Positions 20,194 through 30,457 of a stretch of DNA of 64,000 nt are shown piece after piece. Position 1 is the first letter of the stretch, and every line of letters begins with the position of its first letter. Under the pieces are notes generated by a model, which was not told the DNA's origin, ran no database searches, and was given only the letters and a program-made list of their open reading frames with translations. The DNA is taken from the NCBI GenBank assembly GCA_963664815.2, contig CAXXHB010000003.1, positions 512,001 to 576,000 on the forward strand, read 5' to 3'. The stretch comes from Spirochaetota bacterium (GTDB lineage: Bacteria > Spirochaetota > UBA4802 > UBA5550). Made by a program: the position numbers and the translations under genes.

Positions 20194-21669
20194 ATGATCA
20201 GTAATAGAGTTGATGTAATCAAGATCTTTGAGGGTGAAGGTTATAATATTATAACTCCCGAAAAAAAACCTGGCGTTAATGAATTTGCTGAGGATGTCTT
20301 TCCGAAAAATGAACAGTCTGATCAGCCTGTTCAACCAATGGATTTTAAAGAGAGTATCAGAAAAAATGATCCTTATACCGTAACACCTGTATTGAAGATG
20401 ATACCTGAGGGCGAATATGATATTCAGACTATTGTGGAATATCTCAACTGGCATATGGGTAATATAGGAGATGTTGTTATCGGCAGAGGTGAAATAATAA
20501 GGCAGGCAATTTTTGCAATTCTTACAGGTGAGCATATGCTTCTTCTCAGCCGAACCGGTATGGCGAAATCATACCTTGCTACTTCTGTATTTAATATTTT
20601 TGAAGGAGCCAGAATCTTTTCCGCTCAGGCGAGTAAAGACCAGACACCTGATAACTATTTCGGGCCTTATAATATTGATGAATTCAGAAAGGGCAGGATA
20701 CGACACAACATAAAAGGGTCGGTAATTGAGGCTAACCTTGTTTTTCTTGATGAGTTTTTTGATGCAAGTGATGTTGTACTTCGTTCGCTTCTTTCAGTTT
20801 TGAATGAAAGAAAATTTATCAATGGTTCTGAACAGATTGATGCCGCAGTTCATACAACTATCGCCACAGCCAATTACATGAGAATGAATGAAGTCACAGA
20901 GGCTGTTCTGGACAGGTTTACCTATAAATCAATCATACCTGAAGATAATAATATATACAATCAGCTTCTGATCGACCAGACATACACAGTCAGCAGGGGT
21001 AAACCGATAGAACCTGATAAAAAACTGTTTTTCAATCAGATATTGTTTCTGCATGATATAATAACAAACAGAAACCGTGATATCAAAGTAGAAGTCCCCG
21101 AGTTTATCTATTTTATGAAAAACGTTTTTGTAACCAAATTTGTCAGCGAGATGAGAAAGAATGATCAGAATTTTTTTATAAGTCCCAGAAAGCAGGCAAA
21201 ACTGAGTGACTTTTTAAGGGCATCTGCGCTTGTCAATAATCGTTTTATTGCCAATATGGATGATGTCAAGGATATGTTTCTTGCCCTATGTACATTAAAC
21301 AGTTATACATCAATTAAAAACCTGGATAAGTCGGAAAAAGATTTATACCTCGATGTATATCAGAAAACAATGAATCACTTTAAAGCTAATGGCGCTCTGG
21401 CACAGATTGAATTTCTGCTGGGAATAAGAGCCATATTTGAAGAAATAAAAAATGATCCGGAGAAAAGGGATCTGATCCTGAAAAAAAGCACGCTTCTTGA
21501 TAATATTAAGAATCTGCTTAAAATGGTATTTACGGGAAGACGGAATGAATCTGAAGAGGAGATAACTCTTGATTCCCTGAAAAAAAGTGTATTTGATGTA
21601 AACTCTTCTGTTGAAGAAGTGAATGAACTTAAAAATGGTATTCTGAAGGAATACAGAGAATTGACATAG
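20194..21669 (+). CDS. MoxR/RavA-like AAA+ ATPase
   Basis: Walker A SRTGMAKS, Walker B VFLDEFF, LLSVLNER and EAVLDRF. Confidence 0.85.
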   Translation: MISNRVDVIKIFEGEGYNIITPEKKPGVNEFAEDVFPKNEQSDQPVQPMDFKESIRKNDPYTVTPVLKMIPEGEYDIQTIVEYLNWHMGNIGDVVIGRGEIIRQAIFAILTGEHMLLLSRTGMAKSYLATSVFNIFEGARIFSAQASKDQTPDNYFGPYNIDEFRKGRIRHNIKGSVIEANLVFLDEFFDASDVVLRSLLSVLNERKFINGSEQIDAAVHTTIATANYMRMNEVTEAVLDRFTYKSIIPEDNNIYNQLLIDQTYTVSRGKPIEPDKKLFFNQILFLHDIITNRNRDIKVEVPEFIYFMKNVFVTKFVSEMRKNDQNFFISPRKQAKLSDFLRASALVNNRFIANMDDVKDMFLALCTLNSYTSIKNLDKSEKDLYLDVYQKTMNHFKANGALAQIEFLLGIRAIFEEIKNDPEKRDLILKKSTLLDNIKNLLKMVFTGRRNESEEEITLDSLKKSVFDVNSSVEEVNELKNGILKEYRELT

Positions 21670-21679
21670 GATATTTGAA

Positions 21680-23344
21680 ATGATCTCTCAGAATAATGGA
21701 GACGATTTTTTCGGATACTGGGATTCTCTCGGATTTTTTGACAATATCCAGGTTATCCTCCCTCCACAGTTTATGCTCTTGTTTGAGATAGCCCGCACTC
21801 TATTTAGTGACCGGAGTTCTCTGGATGTATTAAATGCCATTGAACAGATCTCTGCTGAAGAAAAGCTTCATGTACCGGACAGGGAGGAAACCATTTCCAT
21901 TAACAGGCTTGAGAGACAGGCACCGCTGAGCGATAAGATGGAAATTGAAACCTACAAGAATATTATAGATCTGAAACGGACTCTGCCGCGTGAGCTTGCG
22001 CATGATGATGATATCTTCAATGCGAAGCTGTTTACCAAAACTTTAATGGTGCAGAAGTTTTATGAATCTGACAGTGATAACTTCAAGCCTATATCCACAA
22101 TGAAAAACGAGAAAGGGAGAGAGGCCAATCAGTTTGAGCAGCTATTTTATATTCTCCTTGATACCTCGAGATCCATGGATATGAGAATGAGGGGATTTTA
22201 TGCAAAGTGTATTGTTTCTGAATTCCTCAGACGTAAACTTGACAGTAATGCCAAACTGTTTTTCAGAACTTTTGACTCAAATGTGGGTGATCTTTATAAA
22301 ATTGAGAAGAGAGAAGACTACCCTTACCTGATAGAGAAAGTTCTTTTTTCAACAACAGGCGGCGTAAGTACAAATCTCCAGAAAGCTGTATTTCAGGCTG
22401 TTAACGATATTAATTACACAAAAGACATGGTAACAGCTGAAATACTTGTGGTTACCGATGGAATCAGTAAAATTGATGTTCACGAGATGAATGAAAAGCT
22501 CGGAAAGGTAAAACTGCACGTTTTAAAAATCGGGGATGACATGCCAGAACCTGATTTTTATGAGATGAAATCGGGATTTGCCAATGAGAGAGTTGATTTT
22601 GATCCGTCATCCATCAATATAAAAGAAATAAAAAACAGGATGCAGAATCCAAAGGATGATGATAAACCTCTGACAACTGCTGAACAGAGAATTTATCGCA
22701 TGATGCTTGATTATTCAAATAATGTATTTAAAGATCTGAAGAGAGTGGCAAAGAATTTTATTGAAGTCGGTGATATTAAGAATGATCATCTTTATGATGT
22801 ATCTTATGAGAATCTGGAGAATATTTTTCACTGGATAAAGAAGCTTGAGTTTGCAGATATTAAATATATGAAAATTGATGAAAAGGAGCGTATTTATAAA
22901 CAGACCTATTTTCTGGGGCAGTATATAAAGATGCTTTATGATCATGATACTAAAAATAAAGCTGAACTTAAATCTCTTCTGGAGAGAATTGCAAAAATAA
23001 AAACCAGGCTTATGGAAGACACCGAGCTGTTTCTGTATATTGTAAAAGCCGGGAAATACCATGAAGACAAAAAGAAACTGAAGCTTGACAGAAAAGAAGC
23101 GCGTAAACTGATGAAACAGATGTCAAGTCAGAATAAGAATATTACTGTTAAGGATATGAAACGGGCTCAGCTTACTTTCAGTTTTGAACCGGGGCAAGGG
23201 AGTTCCGGAAAACTTTTCCTTTTTCTCCTGATAAAACTGGGGCAGCTTTTATGGGGGATTGTAACATTTCCTGTAAACCGTTTGAAGAGTGAAAAACCGG
23301 AAAAATTCAAAGAGATTATATATCCCGATGAAAAGAAAAAATAA
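21680..23344 (+). CDS. VWA-domain protein (ViaA-like partner)
   Basis: MIDAS residues LLDTSRSM, GGVST and VVTDG; hydrophobic segment near the C-terminus. Confidence 0.82.
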   Translation: MISQNNGDDFFGYWDSLGFFDNIQVILPPQFMLLFEIARTLFSDRSSLDVLNAIEQISAEEKLHVPDREETISINRLERQAPLSDKMEIETYKNIIDLKRTLPRELAHDDDIFNAKLFTKTLMVQKFYESDSDNFKPISTMKNEKGREANQFEQLFYILLDTSRSMDMRMRGFYAKCIVSEFLRRKLDSNAKLFFRTFDSNVGDLYKIEKREDYPYLIEKVLFSTTGGVSTNLQKAVFQAVNDINYTKDMVTAEILVVTDGISKIDVHEMNEKLGKVKLHVLKIGDDMPEPDFYEMKSGFANERVDFDPSSINIKEIKNRMQNPKDDDKPLTTAEQRIYRMMLDYSNNVFKDLKRVAKNFIEVGDIKNDHLYDVSYENLENIFHWIKKLEFADIKYMKIDEKERIYKQTYFLGQYIKMLYDHDTKNKAELKSLLERIAKIKTRLMEDTELFLYIVKAGKYHEDKKKLKLDRKEARKLMKQMSSQNKNITVKDMKRAQLTFSFEPGQGSSGKLFLFLLIKLGQLLWGIVTFPVNRLKSEKPEKFKEIIYPDEKKK

Positions 23345-23373
23345 AAAGAAATATTATTTTACTGCTTATATTG

Positions 23374-23405
23374 AAAAAAGCTGACAGTTATCTGTCAGCT
23401 TTTTT
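23374..23405. terminator. bidirectional intrinsic terminator
   Basis: AAAAAAGCTGACAG-TTAT-CTGTCAGCTTTTTT between convergent genes. Confidence 0.88.
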
Positions 23406-23408
23406 AAT

Positions 23409-24380
23409 TCAGTTTACTTTATTTTTATACCAGTCAACTGTTTCAGATAAAATATCGATATTATCCTTCTTCGGCGACCAGCCTGTAATTGTTTTCAATC
23501 TGTGGCAGTCGAGATATACGCTATGAAATATAAAAAGAAAATGTTCCTTTGTAAAATAATTCACATTGGAAGATTTCGAAAGCATGGCATACCATATTGC
23601 CTTTGGTTTGGTTATATGCTTAATTGCAAAGTCTAGTTTTTTCTTTTCTTTGATTTTAACCAACTGTTCAATCTGAGTCGGCACATTATCTGAACCTACA
23701 TTGAAAGATCGGCCATATGCTTTATCGCCGGATTTATAAACCTTATAGAATGCCTCTGCTGCATCATCCGGAGATAAAAGCTGAAATTTTGTGTCTCCGT
23801 CGCCTGAAATGTACATTACATTGTCATTTCCCAATCCCATTGCCATATAAAGGGTTATCAGAATCGACGAATTTTTTACTTCAGGACCGGTAATAACCGA
23901 AGGCCGTATTACGGTAAGGTTCATTTTATATTTTTTAGCAAAAGCTTCACAGAGAATTTCAGCTTTGAGTTTATCTTTACCATAAGCAGTATAGGGTTTT
24001 TTTCTGTCTTCTTCTTTCAGCGGAAAGGATTTTGTTTTACCGTAGATAGCATATGTTGACAGGAATATGAACCTCTTAATTTTTAGTTTTCTGGCTACCA
24101 AAAGCAGGTTTTTAGTACCGGTTATGTTAATTTTTTTCATTTTCCCGCGTCCGATTTTCTGTGCCCTGCTTTTATCAAGGAGGTGTATGATTGTATCAAC
24201 ATCTTTGCATGCAAGGATAAGTCGCTTGGTAGTAAAAAGGTCACCCTGGATAAATTCGATATTATCCGGTAAACTTTCAGGTTTGTATTGATCATAACAT
24301 CTTACTTTTTCGCCATTCATGGTAAATTTCTCAACCAGTGCTTTCCCCAGCAGGGAGTTTGAACCAGTGATAAGTATCAT
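23409..24380 (-). CDS. NAD-dependent epimerase/dehydratase
   Basis: ITGSNSLLG and catalytic YGKDK motif. ATG 24380 follows GGAGG, so it is preferred over 24467. Confidence 0.88.
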   Translation of the reverse strand: MILITGSNSLLGKALVEKFTMNGEKVRCYDQYKPESLPDNIEFIQGDLFTTKRLILACKDVDTIIHLLDKSRAQKIGRGKMKKINITGTKNLLLVARKLKIKRFIFLSTYAIYGKTKSFPLKEEDRKKPYTAYGKDKLKAEILCEAFAKKYKMNLTVIRPSVITGPEVKNSSILITLYMAMGLGNDNVMYISGDGDTKFQLLSPDDAAEAFYKVYKSGDKAYGRSFNVGSDNVPTQIEQLVKIKEKKKLDFAIKHITKPKAIWYAMLSKSSNVNYFTKEHFLFIFHSVYLDCHRLKTITGWSPKKDNIDILSETVDWYKNKVN

Positions 24381-24661
24381 AATCAGCCTCCATAAAATCG
24401 ATAATATTATCAGTGATAATTCCGGAACATATTTTGATGTAAAAATCAAATTATATTTACCAACCACAAATAGCAGCAGGGAATAAATACTGATTATTAA
24501 TACATCTCTTCTTAGAATATATATATAAATCTTAAAGTCAAGACAGTATTTATAAGATAATTTTTTTTTAATTCAAAAAAAGTAAGAGTGGGGGGATCTC
24601 TATCATAAGGAGTGTCATTTCTTTGACATAGATATGACTTTAGTATTTTACGATTGAAATA

Positions 24662-24884
24662 GAACCTGATCTGTCACATCGACAGGCCCAATACATCGCA
24701 TTTCGATGAAGTGAAAGTGACTGGAAATCTGGTACTTGCAGTAAATTTAAGATTTCTCAGACTTGTACTGAGTCTGTGGAAGAATGCGTTAAAAGTGACA
24801 AGGCCTGATTATTTTGTAAAATGCTATAAATGCAATAATAAATATTGATAAAACTCTCTTTTCCACGATCAGCTATTCAGGGTT
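24662..24884 (+). ncRNA. candidate structured non-coding RNA, family unassigned
   Basis: ORF-poor gap with a closing stem CTGATC/GATCAG, several internal stems, and an upstream TTGACA at 24623. Confidence 0.45.
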
Positions 24885-24922
24885 ATAATCTCACATCGGT
24901 AAAAATATGCATTAAGTCGATT

Positions 24923-25813
24923 TTAATCTGAAATCAGAAATGGTTTTATTAAAAAACGGATTCTTTTTACAGAGAAGAGTATTCCTTCAACCCTTCCGTA
25001 TATATTTTCATTTTTGATTATAACAAACCGTGAGATATCGTTCCTGTCATCTGGCATGGCAAAGTATTCATCTTTCTTCAGGTTGGCATCAGTTTTATAC
25101 TTTTCACTGTTTTGTTTCACAGGATATCTGAGGTTTGTTTCTGATTCGGAGATCACGTCAAAATCAGTCAGGAAAAATTTTTTCAGTTCGTTATCTGTAA
25201 AAATTGACTGATGCAGTTCAGATCCCTGAACTGATAAACGTCCATTCCTGTAGGAGATATTTTCACCAGGCTGTCCGACAATTCTTATTATACCGGAATT
25301 GCTGTCGTTTAAGATAATCATTTCACTTTTATTATAAAAGCTGTTCCCTATTTTTTTGATTGCTACAACATCACCTTTTTCTATGACCGGAGGAAAATCA
25401 ATTTTCACAGTCCTGATTGAAAAAGATGCTGAAAATATTAAAATTGAAATCAGAGTTATTATAATATTGGCAAGAGCAAAAAGTATAATAAACCGGGCTG
25501 AAGTAAACCTGGAGATTACCAGTTTCTTTTTTTTAAGGCTGATAATAAAAGCAATCACTGGTGAGATGATGGTAACCAGGAGAAAAAATATAACTGAAAA
25601 TGATATTTCTGAAAGGTATGAACTCTTTGCATTCGTGAGAGAATAAAATGGAACAGCAATAGCTGATGCCACTCTGACCAGAGACAGAGCAATCCCTCTC
25701 TGTGTAAATCCGGAATAAATTTCACCCGCCCCGGTTATGAATAACGACATGATGAAAGATATATATGGGTTTGGAATTCTCTCTCTTCCCGAAATAATAA
25801 TTTTGTTACTCAA
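24923..25813 (-). CDS. signal peptidase I (S26)-like protein, catalytic residues missing
   Basis: TM-rich N-terminus, then PPVIEKGD, RIVGQPGE, DDRN and IYGR; TTG start after CAGGAG. Confidence 0.72.
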   Translation of the reverse strand: MSNKIIISGRERIPNPYISFIMSLFITGAGEIYSGFTQRGIALSLVRVASAIAVPFYSLTNAKSSYLSEISFSVIFFLLVTIISPVIAFIISLKKKKLVISRFTSARFIILFALANIIITLISILIFSASFSIRTVKIDFPPVIEKGDVVAIKKIGNSFYNKSEMIILNDSNSGIIRIVGQPGENISYRNGRLSVQGSELHQSIFTDNELKKFFLTDFDVISESETNLRYPVKQNSEKYKTDANLKKDEYFAMPDDRNDISRFVIIKNENIYGRVEGILFSVKRIRFLIKPFLISD

Positions 25814-26012
25814 GGAAATTTGACTCCTGTTCTGCTGTAGTGATGTAAGTCAGCCTGTTCAGCAGCTTTGCTGCTGTTCCACTGTTTTTCATAAACTATT
25901 GTATCGTACTCTTCAGGTCAAACAGATTTTATATTTCTGAATATTAGTTGACTTGACTGTATTCTGCTTTATCATTTGATAATCGGTATGGACAGTTTCC
26001 GGAGGCTTAAAA

Positions 26013-28064
26013 TTGAACATAAAAAAATGCAGTAAAACAATATATATACGGACAGCATTAATACTTATAATGCTTTCTTCCGCAATGGTTTCAGATGCCC
26101 AGAACGCTATTTCTCTGAACAGAGACGGCTGGGTCAGTTTTAAAAAGACGGAGTATGACAGGGCTTTGTTCAGTTTCACCAGTTCTCTCAGGCTGAATTC
26201 AAAATATTCCGATTCAATGATAGGGGCGGCTAAATCATACTATGCGCTTGGAGTCTATGACCGGGCTCTCGAGATGTTCGCTGACGCACTGAAGCTTGAC
26301 GGTAATTCTGTTGATGCTCTCAACGGGATAGGAATGATTCTGTCCGAAACCGGAAGATTCACTGATGCTATAAGTTATTTTGAAAAAGCCGGCAAGATAT
26401 CCGGGGACTCGTTGGATTCCCAGTATGGTATTGCACACGTATATTACAAAATGGATAAAAGGCTCTGGGCAAAAAGAAAACTTGAAAATATATTTAAAAT
26501 CAATCCATATCACTTCCAGTCTCTTCTGCTTATGGCTGACATAAAAACAGATGAGGGGCGGCTTAAAGAGGCAAGGTCTTATGTTGAAAAAGCAATGGAT
26601 TCTGCCGGAGAATCTCCCGACGGGCATATAAAATACGGAAGTATTCTTCTGAAAAATTATATGAATACAGGTGAAACCGATTTACTTGATGAAGCGCGTG
26701 AATCATACAACAGGGCCCTCGCCATTAATCCGTCTAATTTCAGGGCTAATATGGATATGGGGCTGATCTCGCTTATGGAGATTGATGATTTTAATTTTAA
26801 CAGTGCACTTGGAGGAGGGGGAAATCCGGATTTAATAAAAGGGAAGAGAGACGCGGCGGTATCATACATCCTTAAAGCCGCTGAAGTAAATAAAAGCCGT
26901 CCCGTATTGTACAGCCTTGCGCTTGCATACGATATGTCCGGGGACAAGAATGGAGCCCTGGAGCATATGCTTGATGCATATAAAAAATATCCTTCTGATG
27001 CATTGCTCAAAGGTAAACTTGAAGATTTTCTTGTTCTTAATGAATACAAAAGCGCCCATCCCGCGCGGATAATGCTTTCTAACGAAAATATTGAACTGTC
27101 AAAAATAAACAGCAGGGATAATCTGCATACAAATGTGATTTATTACCTGAGAAGATCACTTCTGATGAATCCCCTTAACAGAGAGGTTCGTGAAGAGCTT
27201 ATAAATTACTATACCATACTCGATTACAATAAACTGATAATCGATGAAATGAAGAATATAATGATGCAGTATCCCGAGTTTAAATACCAGGATATGCTGA
27301 ATCTTGCAATCATGAAAAGGAGAGACCGGCTTTATGTGAGAGAGGGCTACGGCAGTGATGAAGTCCCGCGTGATGTTCCGTCTGTTCTTGTTCTTAATTT
27401 TGACACTGCAGGTAAAATTACAGATCACCCCGATTCCGGGAAAACAGCGGCAAGGAATCTGACTTTTGCACTTCAGCAGTATGGAAGGATGAAAACCCCG
27501 GGGCTCGGCGAAAGAGAAGCTCTTGTCGGCAACCTTAAAACCGGAGGGGAGAGTCTTTTCAGCACTATAAAAAAGATAAAGGAAATATCTGATAAAAGGG
27601 AGCAGAAGTTTGATTACCTGATTTTCGGAGAGATTTCAGAGGTGGATGATTATATCAGTATAACATTGCGGATAATGGATCTGAACAGGGGATATATTAT
27701 ATATGAGATAACCGAATCGAAAAAAGGGAGGGAGAATCTTAATCTGTTGTCTTTACTGATTGCCGGAAAAATTTATGATATCATACCATACAGCGGGAAG
27801 GTACTTAAAGTCAAAGAGAAGGGGATACTGCTTAACCTTGGATTGTTCGACGGGATAAAAGATGGAACGGAACTTGTAATTTACAGGGACAGCAGCTCGC
27901 GTCTCAGCAATGAAACAATAAGATACGCTGAAATTTTTACTGTGAAAGAAACGGATACTTTTATATCATATGCCGAACCCGACAGACCGGATATTCTGCG
28001 CGAGATAGATTCGACAAATAAAATTTATCCTTTGTTAAAGAGAAGAGCAAGAAAAATTGAATAA
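26013..28064 (+). CDS. exported tetratricopeptide repeat protein with C-terminal CsgG/FlgT-like region
   Basis: Signal peptide, multiple TPR units, then VLVLNF...DYLIFG and GKVLKV...LNLG. The start is uncertain. Confidence 0.78.
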   Translation: MNIKKCSKTIYIRTALILIMLSSAMVSDAQNAISLNRDGWVSFKKTEYDRALFSFTSSLRLNSKYSDSMIGAAKSYYALGVYDRALEMFADALKLDGNSVDALNGIGMILSETGRFTDAISYFEKAGKISGDSLDSQYGIAHVYYKMDKRLWAKRKLENIFKINPYHFQSLLLMADIKTDEGRLKEARSYVEKAMDSAGESPDGHIKYGSILLKNYMNTGETDLLDEARESYNRALAINPSNFRANMDMGLISLMEIDDFNFNSALGGGGNPDLIKGKRDAAVSYILKAAEVNKSRPVLYSLALAYDMSGDKNGALEHMLDAYKKYPSDALLKGKLEDFLVLNEYKSAHPARIMLSNENIELSKINSRDNLHTNVIYYLRRSLLMNPLNREVREELINYYTILDYNKLIIDEMKNIMMQYPEFKYQDMLNLAIMKRRDRLYVREGYGSDEVPRDVPSVLVLNFDTAGKITDHPDSGKTAARNLTFALQQYGRMKTPGLGEREALVGNLKTGGESLFSTIKKIKEISDKREQKFDYLIFGEISEVDDYISITLRIMDLNRGYIIYEITESKKGRENLNLLSLLIAGKIYDIIPYSGKVLKVKEKGILLNLGLFDGIKDGTELVIYRDSSSRLSNETIRYAEIFTVKETDTFISYAEPDRPDILREIDSTNKIYPLLKRRARKIE

Positions 28065-28724
28065 TCAGCTGAGTGGTATAAGTACTTTCGCATAGGTTTT
28101 ATCTATACCATTAGTTGTAACGGCAAAATTTTTATGTGTAATGTTTATATTTTTAAGAAGTACAACAACCATTGAAAGTCCCAGGCCCATCCCTTCCGCT
28201 TCAGGATCGGGATTTTCCATAAAGAACTCTGCGATGTTGTCGTACTTTGATGATTTTTTTATCCTTTCATTAATCCTGTCCATCTCCTTTTTTGTAAGAG
28301 GAATATTGTTTATTACCTCCACAGACAGGTGCTTTTTATATACTTTCAGATAAATTCTTGTCGATAATCCATATTTCTTTGTTTTAAGCCCGTACTCAAG
28401 CAGCGACTTTTCATTTAGTATTGATCTTACTTTTTTTACTATATCACCGGAGTCATTGATATCCTTTATTTCACCCTCAAGCATAAGAATTTTTTTTGCA
28501 TTTGCCTTTGTTGCATTTGAAATAAGTTCTTTGATACATGAATACACTGGTGTAAAAAGGTCGTAACGGTTATGTTTTTCCAGTATTTTTGCCAGCGCGA
28601 ATTTAATTTTCTCTTCAGTCCTTTCTAGAACTGAATAGGTAATAAATACAATGTCGCTTTCATTTTTTACAGCGGTAATTATTTCGTTCTGATGTTGTTC
28701 ACTTACAAAATTTTGTGTCTGCAC
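28065..28724 (-). CDS. stand-alone GHKL/HATPase_c domain protein
   Basis: N-box ELISNATKAN and G-box EGMGLGL, with no H-box or sensor domain. Confidence 0.7.
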   Translation of the reverse strand: MQTQNFVSEQHQNEIITAVKNESDIVFITYSVLERTEEKIKFALAKILEKHNRYDLFTPVYSCIKELISNATKANAKKILMLEGEIKDINDSGDIVKKVRSILNEKSLLEYGLKTKKYGLSTRIYLKVYKKHLSVEVINNIPLTKKEMDRINERIKKSSKYDNIAEFFMENPDPEAEGMGLGLSMVVVLLKNINITHKNFAVTTNGIDKTYAKVLIPLS

Positions 28725-28804
28725 TTTCTAATATGTCCTGCCGGATAATTCATTTATATATTGATCGTCATAATTGCCCTGTTTCTTTAGAAACCTGAAG
28801 CAGG

Positions 28805-28834
28805 CTGCGAATATCGCTGACCGCATATTCGCAG
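28805..28834. repeat. perfect 10-bp inverted repeat in a divergent intergenic region
   Basis: CTGCGAATAT-N10-ATATTCGCAG. Confidence 0.6.
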
Positions 28835-29022
28835 AAAAGCGGAGATTTTATAAAAAACATATAATATAATATCAGAGATTATTTATTGATTTTTTTCAAG
28901 TATAAAATATTACTGTAAGTAATTAAATAAACTAAGTATTTATAAAGCACCGATATACCATGTTTCAGTTGCTGTTATGGCTTTATCAGTGGAAAGATTC
29001 CGGGATCTGGAGATAATAAGCT

Positions 29023-30039
29023 ATGAAATCACTATTTGACATGACAGGGACTGAAAAAGCTGCTGCTCTTCTTATGATTCTCGGCCCTGAGATAGCTTCT
29101 GAAATTCTGCGTCATCTTGATGAGGATAGCATTGAAAAACTATCCGCAGGAATGGTCAGAATGCAGTCTCTTCCTGAAACAGAAAGAGAGGAACTGATCG
29201 GTGAATTTATTATTGAACTAAGGAAAAGTTCAAAAAATCCTTCGGGGGGAATAAACAGGGCCAGAAAGATGATTGTTGACGCATTTGGAGAAGAGAAGGC
29301 CGATGAGCTGATGAAGAAAATCGAGAATCGTGATACTGAATCGGGTTTTAAATTTTTAAACGAGCTTGAGGACACACAGCTGGTTAATCTGTTGAAGGAT
29401 GAACAACCGCAGATAATAGCCCTTGTAATAAAATTTATCTCTCCGCAGAAAGCCGGAATGATTCTGAAAAATCTCCCGCCGGAAAAATCGAGGGAAACGG
29501 GTGTAAAAATTGCAAGAATGAAAAATCCATCTTCAGAGGCAGCTGTTGCAGTAGCGCGGACTTTAAAAAGAAGGAGCAGGGAAATTCAAAAGAATGAAAA
29601 TGGAATGATTATAATGGGGGGAATGGAATCACTGGCGGCCATGATGAGCCATATGAGCAGCGAGCAGGAGAGAAATCTTCTTAAAAGTATAGATTCAGTT
29701 GTTCCGCATATATCAAAAGAGATTAAGGAATTAATTTTTACATTTGAAAATATTATTAATCTTTCGAACAAAGAGGTTCGTATCCTTATTGATGAAATAA
29801 ATGATGATTACACAATTGCAAGATCATTAAAGGGTGCAGGTGATGAAATAAGATTCAAAATTCTGAGAAATATGAGCCAGAACAGGGCTGAGGGTATTCT
29901 TACAGAGATGAATGAAATGGGTGCGATCAGGCTGAAAGATGTTGAAGAATGTCGTGATTACATAGTCGGCATAATGCGGGAGCTAAATGAGAACGGGGTA
30001 ATTGTAATCAGGAGAGATGGAGAGGTTTATGTTGAGTAA
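29023..30039 (+). CDS. fliG: flagellar motor switch protein FliG (stand-alone paralogue)
   Basis: TGTEKAAALL, GGINRA, EQPQ, FTFEN and RNMS. Confidence 0.92.
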   Translation: MKSLFDMTGTEKAAALLMILGPEIASEILRHLDEDSIEKLSAGMVRMQSLPETEREELIGEFIIELRKSSKNPSGGINRARKMIVDAFGEEKADELMKKIENRDTESGFKFLNELEDTQLVNLLKDEQPQIIALVIKFISPQKAGMILKNLPPEKSRETGVKIARMKNPSSEAAVAVARTLKRRSREIQKNENGMIIMGGMESLAAMMSHMSSEQERNLLKSIDSVVPHISKEIKELIFTFENIINLSNKEVRILIDEINDDYTIARSLKGAGDEIRFKILRNMSQNRAEGILTEMNEMGAIRLKDVEECRDYIVGIMRELNENGVIVIRRDGEVYVE

Positions 30040-30456
30040 TCAGCACCTGTCGCTGATCCATTCAGAACCATCATCGTAGAATTCCTTTTTCCATATAGGA
30101 ACTCTTTTTTTAATTTCATCAATGATGTATCTTGAGGCTTTATATGATGAATCTCTGTGGGGTGATGAAACAAGGATCAATATGGATGCTTCGCCAAGAG
30201 TTACCCGGCCGTATCTATGTATGATAATTATTCTGCTGATTTCATTATCTGATGAAGCTTCGTCGGCTATTTTATTTAATTCTTTTACAGCCATTTCATT
30301 GTATATTTCATAATCTATGCAGGTTACATTTTTACCGCGGGAGATGTCTCTTACTTTTCCGATAAAAATAAGGTCAGATCCATCACTGGTTGTTGTTCCT
30401 GTTTTTAATACCAGGTTAAGATCAATAATCTCTTTCTGGACAAGTATTGTTTTCAT
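30040..30456 (-). CDS. moaE: molybdopterin synthase catalytic subunit
   Basis: FIGKVR, HRYG, SSPHR and PIWKKE. Confidence 0.93.
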   Translation of the reverse strand: MKTILVQKEIIDLNLVLKTGTTTSDGSDLIFIGKVRDISRGKNVTCIDYEIYNEMAVKELNKIADEASSDNEISRIIIIHRYGRVTLGEASILILVSSPHRDSSYKASRYIIDEIKKRVPIWKKEFYDDGSEWISDRC

Positions 30457-30457
30457 T

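Noticed and set aside
25808-25892. 28-codon minus-strand ORF upstream of the peptidase-like gene
   Set aside because: No RBS or motif; it is probably just the 5' UTR carrying the downstream RBS.
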